Shown here one piece after another: positions 30,664-39,686 of a stretch of 64,000 nt of DNA. The stretch lies in assembly GCA_032161105.1 (NCBI GenBank), contig JAVHTD010000001.1; one strand, 5' to 3'. Every line of letters begins with the position of its first letter. Within the stretch, counting starts at the first letter, position 1. A program made the position numbers and the translations under genes. The notes below the pieces were generated by a model, which ran no database searches, was not told the origin of the DNA, and saw only the letters and a list, made by a program, of their open reading frames with translations. The stretch comes from Candidatus Thermosaccharophagus tengchongensis (GTDB lineage: Bacteria; Armatimonadota; Fervidibacteria; Fervidibacterales; Thermosaccharophagaceae).

Positions 30664-33600
30664 TTAACCTTCAAGCCTTATGTAGTCAATTTCAATGAAA
30701 ATTCCCGTGCCAGAGCCTGGGTCAAGCCGTATTTGTAGTATTTTGCCGCGCCATTCTGGAGATTGCGATAAATCAACCCTTATTTCATGCCACTCGCCAT
30801 CAATTGGAAGGGGGAATTTTATGCTTTTGCTTTCGCTCCATTTCTTGTCATCCTCTCTGATCCAGAAAAGTTGTCCTATTGGAGAGGCATCTTTCGGAAA
30901 TTGCAGCCTTATTTTGAGGGATAATGTCCGGTATTTTGCCGCATCAATTTCAATTGATGGACCATGCATATAAGGGTCACCGCCTGTAGATTTTGTCGAC
31001 AAAATTCCATCCTTAACCGAAAATTCCTCCAAGTGGTTTGCCGGAACCCAGTCATCGGCATCAAACTCAAACTCCCAATTTGGTTTCTCCCAGACAACGC
31101 CTAATTGTCCGTAAACTTCCGGCTTCACTCCGATAACCTCAACCGAAAGCCTTTCGGAAACATGTGCGGTTTTGATTGTTAGCAGTTTTCGCCTGATGTC
31201 ATATCGCCAACTGCACCCACTAATTTCCTCAATTCTTTTGCCGTTTATTCGCAGTTCCTTCGGCATAGATACACATGCCACGATAGTGGTTGTTTCACTT
31301 ATACCTTTCGGCTGCGAAAGCGTGATTGTAAGGGTATCCCGAACAAATTTCACGGTTTCAATTAGAGCCTCGCTCGTGACCCTTATTTGTGTTTTTTCGG
31401 CAAAAATTGTCTCATAATCCCATGCATCATCATGCTCATTATGCAATAACCAGATATTGCGGACGATTCCGTAAGGACCTATTATTCCCTTGTCATTTGG
31501 ACCATAACGATATGTCAAAGAGACGCTATCGGGATAGTTTCCGTCTGGGTGATTGACCGCAGCCTGTTGCTGTATAGCGCAAACTGTTATTCCCTCGGCT
31601 ATATGGCGCCAAAATGTGGCATTTTGCCATGTGGAGGTGACTTTATCGCCGTATGCCGATTTTAACGCCTTTGATAGCTTGAGCAAAGCGTAGGCATAAT
31701 CAAGCCCGTTCCACTGAACTGGCGTCCCAAACCAAGGCGCAGCTGTAAAGAAACTCGTTCCGAACACCGGAATTGAAGCATAGCGCATCATCTGCGGTCT
31801 ATCTGGCGGATTCCATAGGTAAATAAACGGTATCCCAGTTTTTGCCCAGTATATTGCCCTTTCAAGCCAATAGCTATCGCGCGTTATTTGCCACGCTTCA
31901 AGATAGGCATGAATCGCATTTGCTGATGCGAGGACATCTGGGCAATGTAGCGGCACTTCCCAAGTTTGTGCGCCCTCCGGTCGGATAAATGCCCCATCAA
32001 TGAATTTTATGGCTTTCATTCCGAGTTCTGTGGCGATTGTCGAGCCGCTCATCCTTGCGTATCGCAGTAGTGCGGTCGCTCTGCCATTGACAAATGTGCA
32101 AGTCCCAATGGTTGTATCGCCCTCTTTTCCGTAGTCATCAAGCGGGCGATGTGGTGCAAATTTCTTCAACATATCCAATGTCCATCCTCGGTCAATCGCA
32201 AATGCCCACGAACCATCTTCACGCTGCGTCCTTGAAGCCTCAATTGCGTTAACTTCAACATTTCTCAACCCCACCGCCAACCTTCCGTATCTGTCTGAGT
32301 GCTCCTTGACTTTGCTTCGCCTGAAGGTTTCCTCATCGCTGTATGGGCGTTCCGGTATCGGCGGAAGGGGAAATTTTGCAAAATAGTCGTCGTAAGCCCC
32401 AAGTATACCGCCATAGCCGCCAATTAACCAACTGCTAACCGAAATCTCCTCACCCGCTGAAAGAACCAGTGGCTTTTGAGCCATCATTTCGTTTTCCTTC
32501 ACCCATGATGGGACATTGGGCACCATTAAAGCAAGCAGCGAGTTTTCTTGCCCCATAATCTCGTTCGGGACGATGAAGACTGGCTGAGGGCATATTGTTA
32601 AGCCATCCTTCAACTTTGACCAGCTTTGCAAGGCATCCCACATTAATCCGACATAGTCTCCGCGGTGCTCAACAACCATCATTGGTTGTGTGAGTTTGTA
32701 TGGGTGCGGGACAATGTGCAAGTGGTGAGGCGGGTCACTGTATAGCGTATCAGTGACTTTTTCATCCCGAAGTAGCCAGTAAATTCCGGGAAGCAGTGCT
32801 GCGTCCTTTTCGGTCCCAAACAGGTTATCGCCGACGAATATTGCTGGGGAGTGTATGGCGCAAATTTTGACCGACTTATTTGGGGAAATCCTGCCGGAAA
32901 ACTTGAGGGAATTACCATCCGGCTCAATTTTGACCTCTCCTTTGATTTCAAGACCGTTGGCTGTTTTCAGAGCTAATGGGAATGATATTCCGCCATTTGG
33001 CAGTTTGGAAAAATTCCGGGAAAATGCCGAAAGTTTTTGAATCACACCATTGGTGTCCTCATAAGAGATGCTTAGCAAGCACGGTGAGTAGCCCATCCTC
33101 CTCCATGTTTTCCCCAGAACTTCAATGGCAAAAACACCATATCCAAAAGGATTTTGTGGGAATAATAGCCTGACCTTACCTGACGAAACTGATAGCGTGC
33201 CTTTTTGGCGCTCATCAATTTGGTGTGTCACAGCAACTTCAGCCGAAGATTTTTCCCAATTTTCCCCAAATTTTACCGAAACAGATGCTGAAGCCACACA
33301 CGGGCTTTTTGCCCTCAGCTGCCACTCAATATGCCTCTCACCCGGCGGGAGGAGTGGCACATCTTCCGCAATTTTACCGCTAATTACAGTCAACTCTTTG
33401 CCCAAGTTGAGACGCACAGCTACACCTTTAGCAACTGCGCTGCCATCGTTAGCTAACACCAAGCGCAATTTCAGAGGTTTGTCAACGAAGGAAACCGCGT
33501 TTGAAAAATTGAACAGACGCAATCTCGTTTTGGCGCGGCAGACAAACGGTGCGCTTTCAACAATCCCGGCATAAGCTCCCCATTTTGCCATCAATTTCAT

Positions 33601-34455
33601 CCCGTCGGTTCTCATACCCTTGATGTCAAATGCCACTTCGGCAAACTCACCTGGTGCAACCATCTTTGGCGCCTCTTTTTGCAAAACTTCCAAATTTTTT
33701 GGCGCTTCAACTGAAGCTCTCACAGGTGCCGGTTTATCGCCGGAGTTATGCAGCTTAATCACAAATGTTCCCTCCATACCCGCGTTTTTGCCCTCACGCA
33801 AGTCCATTGAGACGAGGCATAAGTGCCATCCGGCATCCTCAGTGAAACGGATGTCGTCAAAGATGACAGCCGCTGGGGCTTGTTTTCCGCCCTCATTTAT
33901 CCGCAATCCAACCTGAACTGAGTGCACTTCGGGACTACCTGAGAAGTCAAATGTCAGGACACCGATGTGCCAAACTCCGTCACCGGCAAAATAATGCGGG
34001 ATGATGTATTGTGCCCTCGCAGCGCCACCCTCCAAATTGTCAGCCTTCATCGGTATGGCATAGACGCGCACATTGTCGCTTTCGCACCTCAACAACTTGT
34101 ATCGGAAGATGAGGGCACCCCTCTTTACGGGCAGCATCGCGCCGATGCTTTGCGCTGGCACATTTGGCTTGCTTGGCGCATATGCCCTGTTGACACCAAC
34201 TACGATTGGCTTCCTCGCTTCCATGAGCAACGCATATTTGCCCTCAAATGCGTCCTCAACCACTTTAACCGTTGCGTCCTCAGGTGATGAGGAGAACCAA
34301 CCCCAATCAACCGGGAAGCCAGCTTTATCAAGTTTTTCAAAGCCACCATTTGAGAGTTCAACACCGGGAAGAGCGCATGCTTGGAATACCAGCAACACAG
34401 GCACGGAGAGTAAAAGGGCACATACTGAGCACCATTGTGCATTCATCCCTCGCAT
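30664..34455 (-). CDS. Large secreted multidomain protein (N-terminal CBM-like, Ig/CARDB-like, central unknown domain, C-terminal CBM-like)
   Basis: Signal-like N-terminus, LSNGGFE...FDDIRF jelly-roll, L.N.G Ig motifs, C-terminal WEF...GGDPYM..IDA..GQLFW..DGEWH..VDL..W.G.I.QIRLDPG. RBS AAGGAGGTG. Confidence 0.6.
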   Translation of the reverse strand: MRGMNAQWCSVCALLLSVPVLLVFQACALPGVELSNGGFEKLDKAGFPVDWGWFSSSPEDATVKVVEDAFEGKYALLMEARKPIVVGVNRAYAPSKPNVPAQSIGAMLPVKRGALIFRYKLLRCESDNVRVYAIPMKADNLEGGAARAQYIIPHYFAGDGVWHIGVLTFDFSGSPEVHSVQVGLRINEGGKQAPAAVIFDDIRFTEDAGWHLCLVSMDLREGKNAGMEGTFVIKLHNSGDKPAPVRASVEAPKNLEVLQKEAPKMVAPGEFAEVAFDIKGMRTDGMKLMAKWGAYAGIVESAPFVCRAKTRLRLFNFSNAVSFVDKPLKLRLVLANDGSAVAKGVAVRLNLGKELTVISGKIAEDVPLLPPGERHIEWQLRAKSPCVASASVSVKFGENWEKSSAEVAVTHQIDERQKGTLSVSSGKVRLLFPQNPFGYGVFAIEVLGKTWRRMGYSPCLLSISYEDTNGVIQKLSAFSRNFSKLPNGGISFPLALKTANGLEIKGEVKIEPDGNSLKFSGRISPNKSVKICAIHSPAIFVGDNLFGTEKDAALLPGIYWLLRDEKVTDTLYSDPPHHLHIVPHPYKLTQPMMVVEHRGDYVGLMWDALQSWSKLKDGLTICPQPVFIVPNEIMGQENSLLALMVPNVPSWVKENEMMAQKPLVLSAGEEISVSSWLIGGYGGILGAYDDYFAKFPLPPIPERPYSDEETFRRSKVKEHSDRYGRLAVGLRNVEVNAIEASRTQREDGSWAFAIDRGWTLDMLKKFAPHRPLDDYGKEGDTTIGTCTFVNGRATALLRYARMSGSTIATELGMKAIKFIDGAFIRPEGAQTWEVPLHCPDVLASANAIHAYLEAWQITRDSYWLERAIYWAKTGIPFIYLWNPPDRPQMMRYASIPVFGTSFFTAAPWFGTPVQWNGLDYAYALLKLSKALKSAYGDKVTSTWQNATFWRHIAEGITVCAIQQQAAVNHPDGNYPDSVSLTYRYGPNDKGIIGPYGIVRNIWLLHNEHDDAWDYETIFAEKTQIRVTSEALIETVKFVRDTLTITLSQPKGISETTTIVACVSMPKELRINGKRIEEISGCSWRYDIRRKLLTIKTAHVSERLSVEVIGVKPEVYGQLGVVWEKPNWEFEFDADDWVPANHLEEFSVKDGILSTKSTGGDPYMHGPSIEIDAAKYRTLSLKIRLQFPKDASPIGQLFWIREDDKKWSESKSIKFPLPIDGEWHEIRVDLSQSPEWRGKILQIRLDPGSGTGIFIEIDYIRLEG

Positions 34456-34456
34456 C

Positions 34457-35767
34457 TTACTTGCCACCTCCTTCAAAGTGTGTGCTCATGATGATGCGTT
34501 GATAAACTTCGTGCAGCTTGCCATCGCCATCGCATTGGCATGTTCCAACAAACAGCACTGCATATTGCCTGCCGGGAAATAACATGCATGCCACCAAGGT
34601 GTGCATTTTCGGCGTCGCAGTTGTGCTTGGGATGTCAAACAGACCCATCACCCCCTTACCATCCTGCGAAGTTAACTCCTGCCACTTTTCCCTTTGCCGC
34701 CAGTTAAGTGGCGATAGGAAAGTTTGCGCTATCTGCTTTGCCGCTTCAATGGCATCCTTTGACAAGGCAAGTCCAACAACAGTCGGGACAAAGTTCACAG
34801 AGAGCGTTGGCACGAATCCGCCTTCCGATTCGCCGACAATGCAAAATCCAGCGGGCGCATTCAATGGCGCGACCTGTTGCGCCAGAATAATCTTCCAACC
34901 GCTTGGCAGGCGAAATTGCATGCCGAGCCATGGCAACCTGCAGATGCCGCTTTCATCGGGCGTGATTTCGCCGTAAGTTGCAGGTGAGGGCAGTTTGTGC
35001 CCCTTAGCACTGTGCTGCGGCTCAATTGCAATCGGGTTGAGCGCAATGCGCCTGAACTCCAACAAGTTAAACGCATGGCGATGCGGAATTGGGGTTGGTT
35101 GGATTGTTCGCATAGGCTTTGTGATGTGTGGTTCATTTGCCTTTGGTTGGATTGAGACAACAACTTCACCCTCTGGCAATGGCAGGCGAATGCCGATCTC
35201 CTTGCTGGCGTCAATCTCACGAAGCGAGCAGAGAATTGCGAGCATCTCAGACTTCACTGAATCGGCAATGTTGGGCGTGGATGTGCATACCGCTGCAATA
35301 AGCTTCTTTCCCATCTTGATCGCAGCCGCCCAAACAAAGATTTGCGCTTCACCTTCAGGTGGACGGCGGAGCGTCGCAACGATGGCAAAGCCATTTTCGT
35401 GCGGGTAAATCTCCCTCGGAGCGACTTCGTCAAGCCCGTGATTGCGTTCCTTCAGCTCTTTGACCAAGTTAGAGAGCAATGAGTGTGCAGTCCATTGAGC
35501 TTCCACTTCGGGGACGAGTAAGCAAAAGAAAGCCTCCTTACCCTTCACAAAAATGCAAGTGCCCTTTCTGTGGCTGCCCTTTGCAGGTGACCATCCGTGT
35601 GGTAAACTCAACTTTACCCCGACTTCGTAACATGCGTGTTCAACCGCTTGGGCGATGGATTGGTATTGGGAGGCAATCGCAAGCAGGGGCAATGATAACA
35701 ACGCTATGAACAGTTGTGCTTGCCACCAAAACATAGCGCACTCATGCCGCATTCGCTTCAACCTCAC
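34457..35767 (-). CDS. Secreted hypothetical protein with two similar domains (PsbP/DcrB-like start motifs)
   Basis: Signal-like segment. VGVKLSLPHGW and LGMQFRLPSGW are separated by a Pro-rich linker. Tightly packed between divIVA and the next gene. Confidence 0.55.
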   Translation of the reverse strand: MRLKRMRHECAMFWWQAQLFIALLSLPLLAIASQYQSIAQAVEHACYEVGVKLSLPHGWSPAKGSHRKGTCIFVKGKEAFFCLLVPEVEAQWTAHSLLSNLVKELKERNHGLDEVAPREIYPHENGFAIVATLRRPPEGEAQIFVWAAAIKMGKKLIAAVCTSTPNIADSVKSEMLAILCSLREIDASKEIGIRLPLPEGEVVVSIQPKANEPHITKPMRTIQPTPIPHRHAFNLLEFRRIALNPIAIEPQHSAKGHKLPSPATYGEITPDESGICRLPWLGMQFRLPSGWKIILAQQVAPLNAPAGFCIVGESEGGFVPTLSVNFVPTVVGLALSKDAIEAAKQIAQTFLSPLNWRQREKWQELTSQDGKGVMGLFDIPSTTATPKMHTLVACMLFPGRQYAVLFVGTCQCDGDGKLHEVYQRIIMSTHFEGGGK

Positions 35768-35775
35768 CGCAGCAC

Positions 35776-36432
35776 CTATGTTGATTCTCTCAATGTGGCG
35801 TTTGTTGAACTCGCATTGTTTAGCTGTGCATCATCTGTTTGCCCCCTTAGTGTTCCCTGTCCACCATCGGCATGTGCTAACAGTATTGGCGGCTCTATTT
35901 CACCTTCGTGTGGCTCCTTGGGTTCTTCCTGCTCTTCACTCCCTTTCGGCTCGCGCTTGTGTAAGCCTTCGCACTCAGTTTCCCACCGCTTTATGCGCTC
36001 ATTGAGCATCGCTAACATCGTTTCAAGCATGCCCTTAATTTCGTATGCTATGCGCATGCGCTCATTTTGCAGCTCGGCGATTTCACGCTTGATCTCCGAT
36101 GCCCTTTTTGAGGCATCTTCAATTATGTGCTGTGCTCTCCCTCGCGCCTCGTCAACGATTAACTCGGCATGGCGCTGTGCGCTCTCTTTTGTCTCCTCGG
36201 CAGCACGCTGTGCGAGCACGATCGCATTCTGAAGCGTCTCCTCAAGCGATTCGTAATAGTTCAATCGCTCACGCAACCTCTCAACCTCTTGCTTCAGCTG
36301 TGTGTTCTCAAGCATGAGTTGTTCAACGAATTCTGCAAGCTCCCTGTGAAAGGCTTTCACCTCACTCATAGCATAGCCTTTAAGCACTTTGCGAAACTCT
36401 CGGTGCAGTATCTCCACAGGCGTGATCGGCAT
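35776..36432 (-). CDS. divIVA: DivIVA domain cell division protein
   Basis: ITPVEILHREF.K.LKGY...EV..F, coiled coil, EETLQNAIVLAQRAAEE. Confidence 0.9.
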   Translation of the reverse strand: MPITPVEILHREFRKVLKGYAMSEVKAFHRELAEFVEQLMLENTQLKQEVERLRERLNYYESLEETLQNAIVLAQRAAEETKESAQRHAELIVDEARGRAQHIIEDASKRASEIKREIAELQNERMRIAYEIKGMLETMLAMLNERIKRWETECEGLHKREPKGSEEQEEPKEPHEGEIEPPILLAHADGGQGTLRGQTDDAQLNNASSTNATLREST

Positions 36433-36559
36433 TTTCGCTCATCCCCCATCAGCCAGAACTTATCAACCCCTCCTCAACCTTATCAGGAGCACAATTTGCG
36501 AGACAGCCCTTCCTCAACAACCAGATTAATCTCGCCCACCACAATTGCGTGGCGAGGCA

Positions 36560-36823
36560 TCACCATGTGAGTGCCGCTATGAGCAACTTTGCCACAATCC
36601 ATATGAGCACGACCGCAATGGCTGGCGATATGTCAATCCCATATCGGTATGTGGGCACAAGCTTCCTTATCGGCTTAAGCATTGGCTCAGTCACATTGAC
36701 GATGAAGTGGGTGAATGGGTGACATTGCACCCTCACATTCGGAATCCAAGAGAGTATAGCCCTGATGAGCAAGAGCAGCGTAAGCGCATTTGCAACCAGC
36801 GCGATAAGGTTGGCTACAAGCAT
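36560..36823 (-). CDS. yggT: YggT/YlmG family membrane protein
   Basis: LLLIRAILSW.P, VTEPMLKPIRKLVP, GIDISP. Confidence 0.9.
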   Translation of the reverse strand: MLVANLIALVANALTLLLLIRAILSWIPNVRVQCHPFTHFIVNVTEPMLKPIRKLVPTYRYGIDISPAIAVVLIWIVAKLLIAALTW

Positions 36824-36826
36824 GCC

Positions 36827-37675
36827 TCATTTCGCCCCCGTCGCCTTTGACAGTGAGCGTGCCCTCTCAAATGCTGCAAGCACTGCATCCATTACAATCC
36901 CGCGAAAGCCGCGCCTCTCAAATTCGTGCAACGCTGCTATCGTTGTCCCGCCGGGCGATGTAACCATCTCGCGCAACTCGGCAGTGTGCTTTTGCATCTT
37001 CGCAGCCATTGTCGCAGCGCCAAGAACCGTGTGGATGGCAATGCGTGTCGCCATGTCCCTCGGCAAACCGACATTTACTCCAGCATCCGAGAGTGCCTCA
37101 ATGAAGGTGAACACATACGCAGGTCCGCTCCCGCTCACTGCAGTTATCGCATCCATCCATTCCTCGTGCACATCAATTGTGATCCCCATCGGAGAAAACA
37201 GCGTATGGACAACTTGCCTGTGCGTTTCGGTTGCATGCGTTCCGAGGGCAATCGCGCACACGCCAGCACCAACAAGGCACGGCGTGTTCGGCATGACTCG
37301 CACAACCGCCAGACGAGGTGGTGTGGAGCGCTCAAGCTGCGAGATGGTTATTCCGGCTGCGATGGAGATGAGCAAATGGCGTTCGCTTGACAGGTGGGGC
37401 GATATCTCGGCAAGCACAACTGGCACAACTTGCGGTTTAACAGCGAGCAGGATGACATCGCATGCTTTCACAGCCCAGGTATTGTCTCGGCAAACTTCAA
37501 CACCAACTTCCTCCTTGAGCTGCTTGAGCTTTGTTTCATCAACATCGGTAGCTGCGATTTGGTTTGCTTGAAGCACTCCATGATTAACCAACGCCCTGAC
37601 CAAACCGCCTCCCATAGCGCCGCTGCCGATTACGGCGAGCCGCATGCCATCAAGTTTGGGAGCGCTGTTTTCCAT
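36827..37675 (-). CDS. proC: Pyrroline-5-carboxylate reductase
   Basis: IGSGAMG, LAVKPQ, ISIAAG, RVMPNTP, TAVSGSGPAY, VTSPGGTT. Confidence 0.96.
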   Translation of the reverse strand: MENSAPKLDGMRLAVIGSGAMGGGLVRALVNHGVLQANQIAATDVDETKLKQLKEEVGVEVCRDNTWAVKACDVILLAVKPQVVPVVLAEISPHLSSERHLLISIAAGITISQLERSTPPRLAVVRVMPNTPCLVGAGVCAIALGTHATETHRQVVHTLFSPMGITIDVHEEWMDAITAVSGSGPAYVFTFIEALSDAGVNVGLPRDMATRIAIHTVLGAATMAAKMQKHTAELREMVTSPGGTTIAALHEFERRGFRGIVMDAVLAAFERARSLSKATGAK

Positions 37676-37752
37676 GCACATCGCCACCTCGGTCTCGTAA
37701 GGGAGCGATTTGTTTGTCCCGTCATGAAAGCTGTGCCAATGTGATAACCGGT

Positions 37753-38289
37753 TTACCTTTCGCCCTTTAACTCACCGCTGTAATGCCCATCACTTAGCAA
37801 CCTACCTTGCGTCGCGCTGCGCATTTGGTTCGGCTCAACGCCATTGGCTATCCCGCCGATGAAGAGTTGATTAATCTCTTTCAAGCACTTCTCATCGCCG
37901 CTTGCTGGCACTGTCGGTGGCGCGAAGAGGAACAACCTGTCACCAAACCGCATGAATGTCCCATCAAGCGCATAGCAAACTCCTGACAAGACATCCACGA
38001 TGCGCTGCGCTTGTCTCCTGTCTATGTTCTGCAAGTTGGCGACAACCGCAACGCCGTTCTTGATCAAATCGGCAGCCTCTTGGGCATCGTGCAATGAGGT
38101 GACGATGAGCAAGTAAATGCCGCCTCGCTTCATCCCGGGGAATGGGACAACATTTCCCCTTCCCCAAAACTTCAGCCTTCGCCACCACGATGCCCTCTTC
38201 CCTTCCGTCTCCCCTTCAAATTCCTCTTGGTCTTCATTGTGATTCTCGCTAAGTCCATTCCTGCGAGCGTAGCGCGGGAAGTCACTCAT
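37753..38289 (-). CDS. sepF: Cell division protein SepF
   Basis: NVVPFPG, DAQEAAD.IK.G.AVVANL, AQRIVDVLSG.CYALDG, FLFAP. Position after yggS. Confidence 0.88.
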   Translation of the reverse strand: MSDFPRYARRNGLSENHNEDQEEFEGETEGKRASWWRRLKFWGRGNVVPFPGMKRGGIYLLIVTSLHDAQEAADLIKNGVAVVANLQNIDRRQAQRIVDVLSGVCYALDGTFMRFGDRLFLFAPPTVPASGDEKCLKEINQLFIGGIANGVEPNQMRSATQGRLLSDGHYSGELKGER

Positions 38290-38452
38290 CCCTTTCTACC
38301 CCCTTTGATCCGGCTGGGCTGTGATGCCATTTGCGGTGCATGGCTACATCACCCTTGTGCCCACCCTGGGAAAGCGAATTCAAACAGCCTCTTCATCACC
38401 TCCATCCGGTGGGATTTGGTAACAGCTTAACGGCTGCTGGCGCACTTATTCA

Positions 38453-39160
38453 TCACTGTCTCGGACCGAATATGGCTGTCCCAATGCGAATCATGTTTGC
38501 GCCCTCTTCAATTGCCACTTCAAAATCGTTGCTCATCCCCATTGAAAGGTAGTCTGCGCTAACACCGTTAATCTTGGCTCGCTCCACCCGCTCAAAGAGC
38601 ATCCTCATCATTCGGAAGTATGGGCGCGCATCCTCTGGATCGGGCTTGTATGGTGGTATGCACATTAATCCCCTTATTCGTATCCGCTCAAACTTTGCTG
38701 CTGCACGGATGAAGTCAATGAGCTCGTCCGGCGGGACGCCAGATTTTGTTTCCTCTTGACCAATGTTAACTTGCACGAGCACATCAACTGTGCGCCCCAA
38801 TTGTGCTGCCCGTTTGTTTAGCTCCTCAGCGAGTGAAAGCCTGTCAAGCGATTGAATTAAGTCGCAGAACCGAATTGCATGCTTTGCCTTGTTCGTTTGA
38901 AGGTGACCTATGAAATGCCATCTTACAGCCCTGCCGATGGCTTCGTATTTGCGCAACGCCTCTTGAACATAGTTTTCCCCAATGTCCGTCAACCCGGCAG
39001 CTATGGCAGCCTTTATCCTCTCCACATCTACTGACTTGGTTGCGCCAACAATAATGATTTCGCTCGCATCACGCCCAGTGCGCCTTGCGGCATTGCGCAC
39101 TCTCTCAATGACATTCATCAAGTTGATGGCGACCTGCTCAATGCCAACTTGCTCACCCAT
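38453..39160 (-). CDS. yggS: YggS/PLPBP pyridoxal-phosphate homeostasis protein
   Basis: VGATK, GENYVQEA, WHFIGHLQTNK, QVNIG.E.TKSG, GLM.IPP, LSMGMSNDFEVAIEEGA..IRIGTAIFG. Confidence 0.96.
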   Translation of the reverse strand: MGEQVGIEQVAINLMNVIERVRNAARRTGRDASEIIIVGATKSVDVERIKAAIAAGLTDIGENYVQEALRKYEAIGRAVRWHFIGHLQTNKAKHAIRFCDLIQSLDRLSLAEELNKRAAQLGRTVDVLVQVNIGQEETKSGVPPDELIDFIRAAAKFERIRIRGLMCIPPYKPDPEDARPYFRMMRMLFERVERAKINGVSADYLSMGMSNDFEVAIEEGANMIRIGTAIFGPRQ

Positions 39161-39334
39161 ATTGCCATATCACCTTTGGACAAAGCGATGATTGACAACC
39201 TCATGCGGCGCATTATATCACAGGCATGCGTGTAATCGCTTGATGTAGTGCCGTCGCATTAGCTACAATATAACTGCCAACAATTGGTGTTCACTGTGCG
39301 CATCGTAGGCAGCCTGCAGTGGAGGGTGACAGAG

Positions 39335-39667
39335 GTGGGGTGGTTAAGCCAACTGCAACATTGGTGGCTATGGTTTGCGGCGGCACTTGTATCGGGGATT
39401 GTCGGCGCCCTCACTGGCTCTCCCATCTCACTTTACATTGCACTTGGAGCACTCGCTGCAGGGCTTGTGTCCGTTGCCTTTCCGGGGTTCGTTGAATGGA
39501 TGGCTTTCCTATTTGTGACTTGTGGCATGTGGATGTTTTCATCAACCCTCGTGAGGAAGCGCAGAAGAGCAGTTGTTGCCAATCCCGGCGATGATAAGAG
39601 CGGGGATAGCACACCATCGGAAAGGGCTCGCGAAGGTAACCATTGCCCACACGATGACAGTCCATAA
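39335..39667 (+). CDS. Small membrane protein resembling the NfeD/YbbJ N-terminal membrane segment
   Basis: WWLWFAAALV..IV..LT..IS.YIALGALAAGLV, three hydrophobic segments, basic tail. GGAGG before GTG 39335. Confidence 0.5.
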   Translation: MGWLSQLQHWWLWFAAALVSGIVGALTGSPISLYIALGALAAGLVSVAFPGFVEWMAFLFVTCGMWMFSSTLVRKRRRAVVANPGDDKSGDSTPSERAREGNHCPHDDSP

Positions 39668-39686
39668 ACACCTCGCCGGTAAAGGC

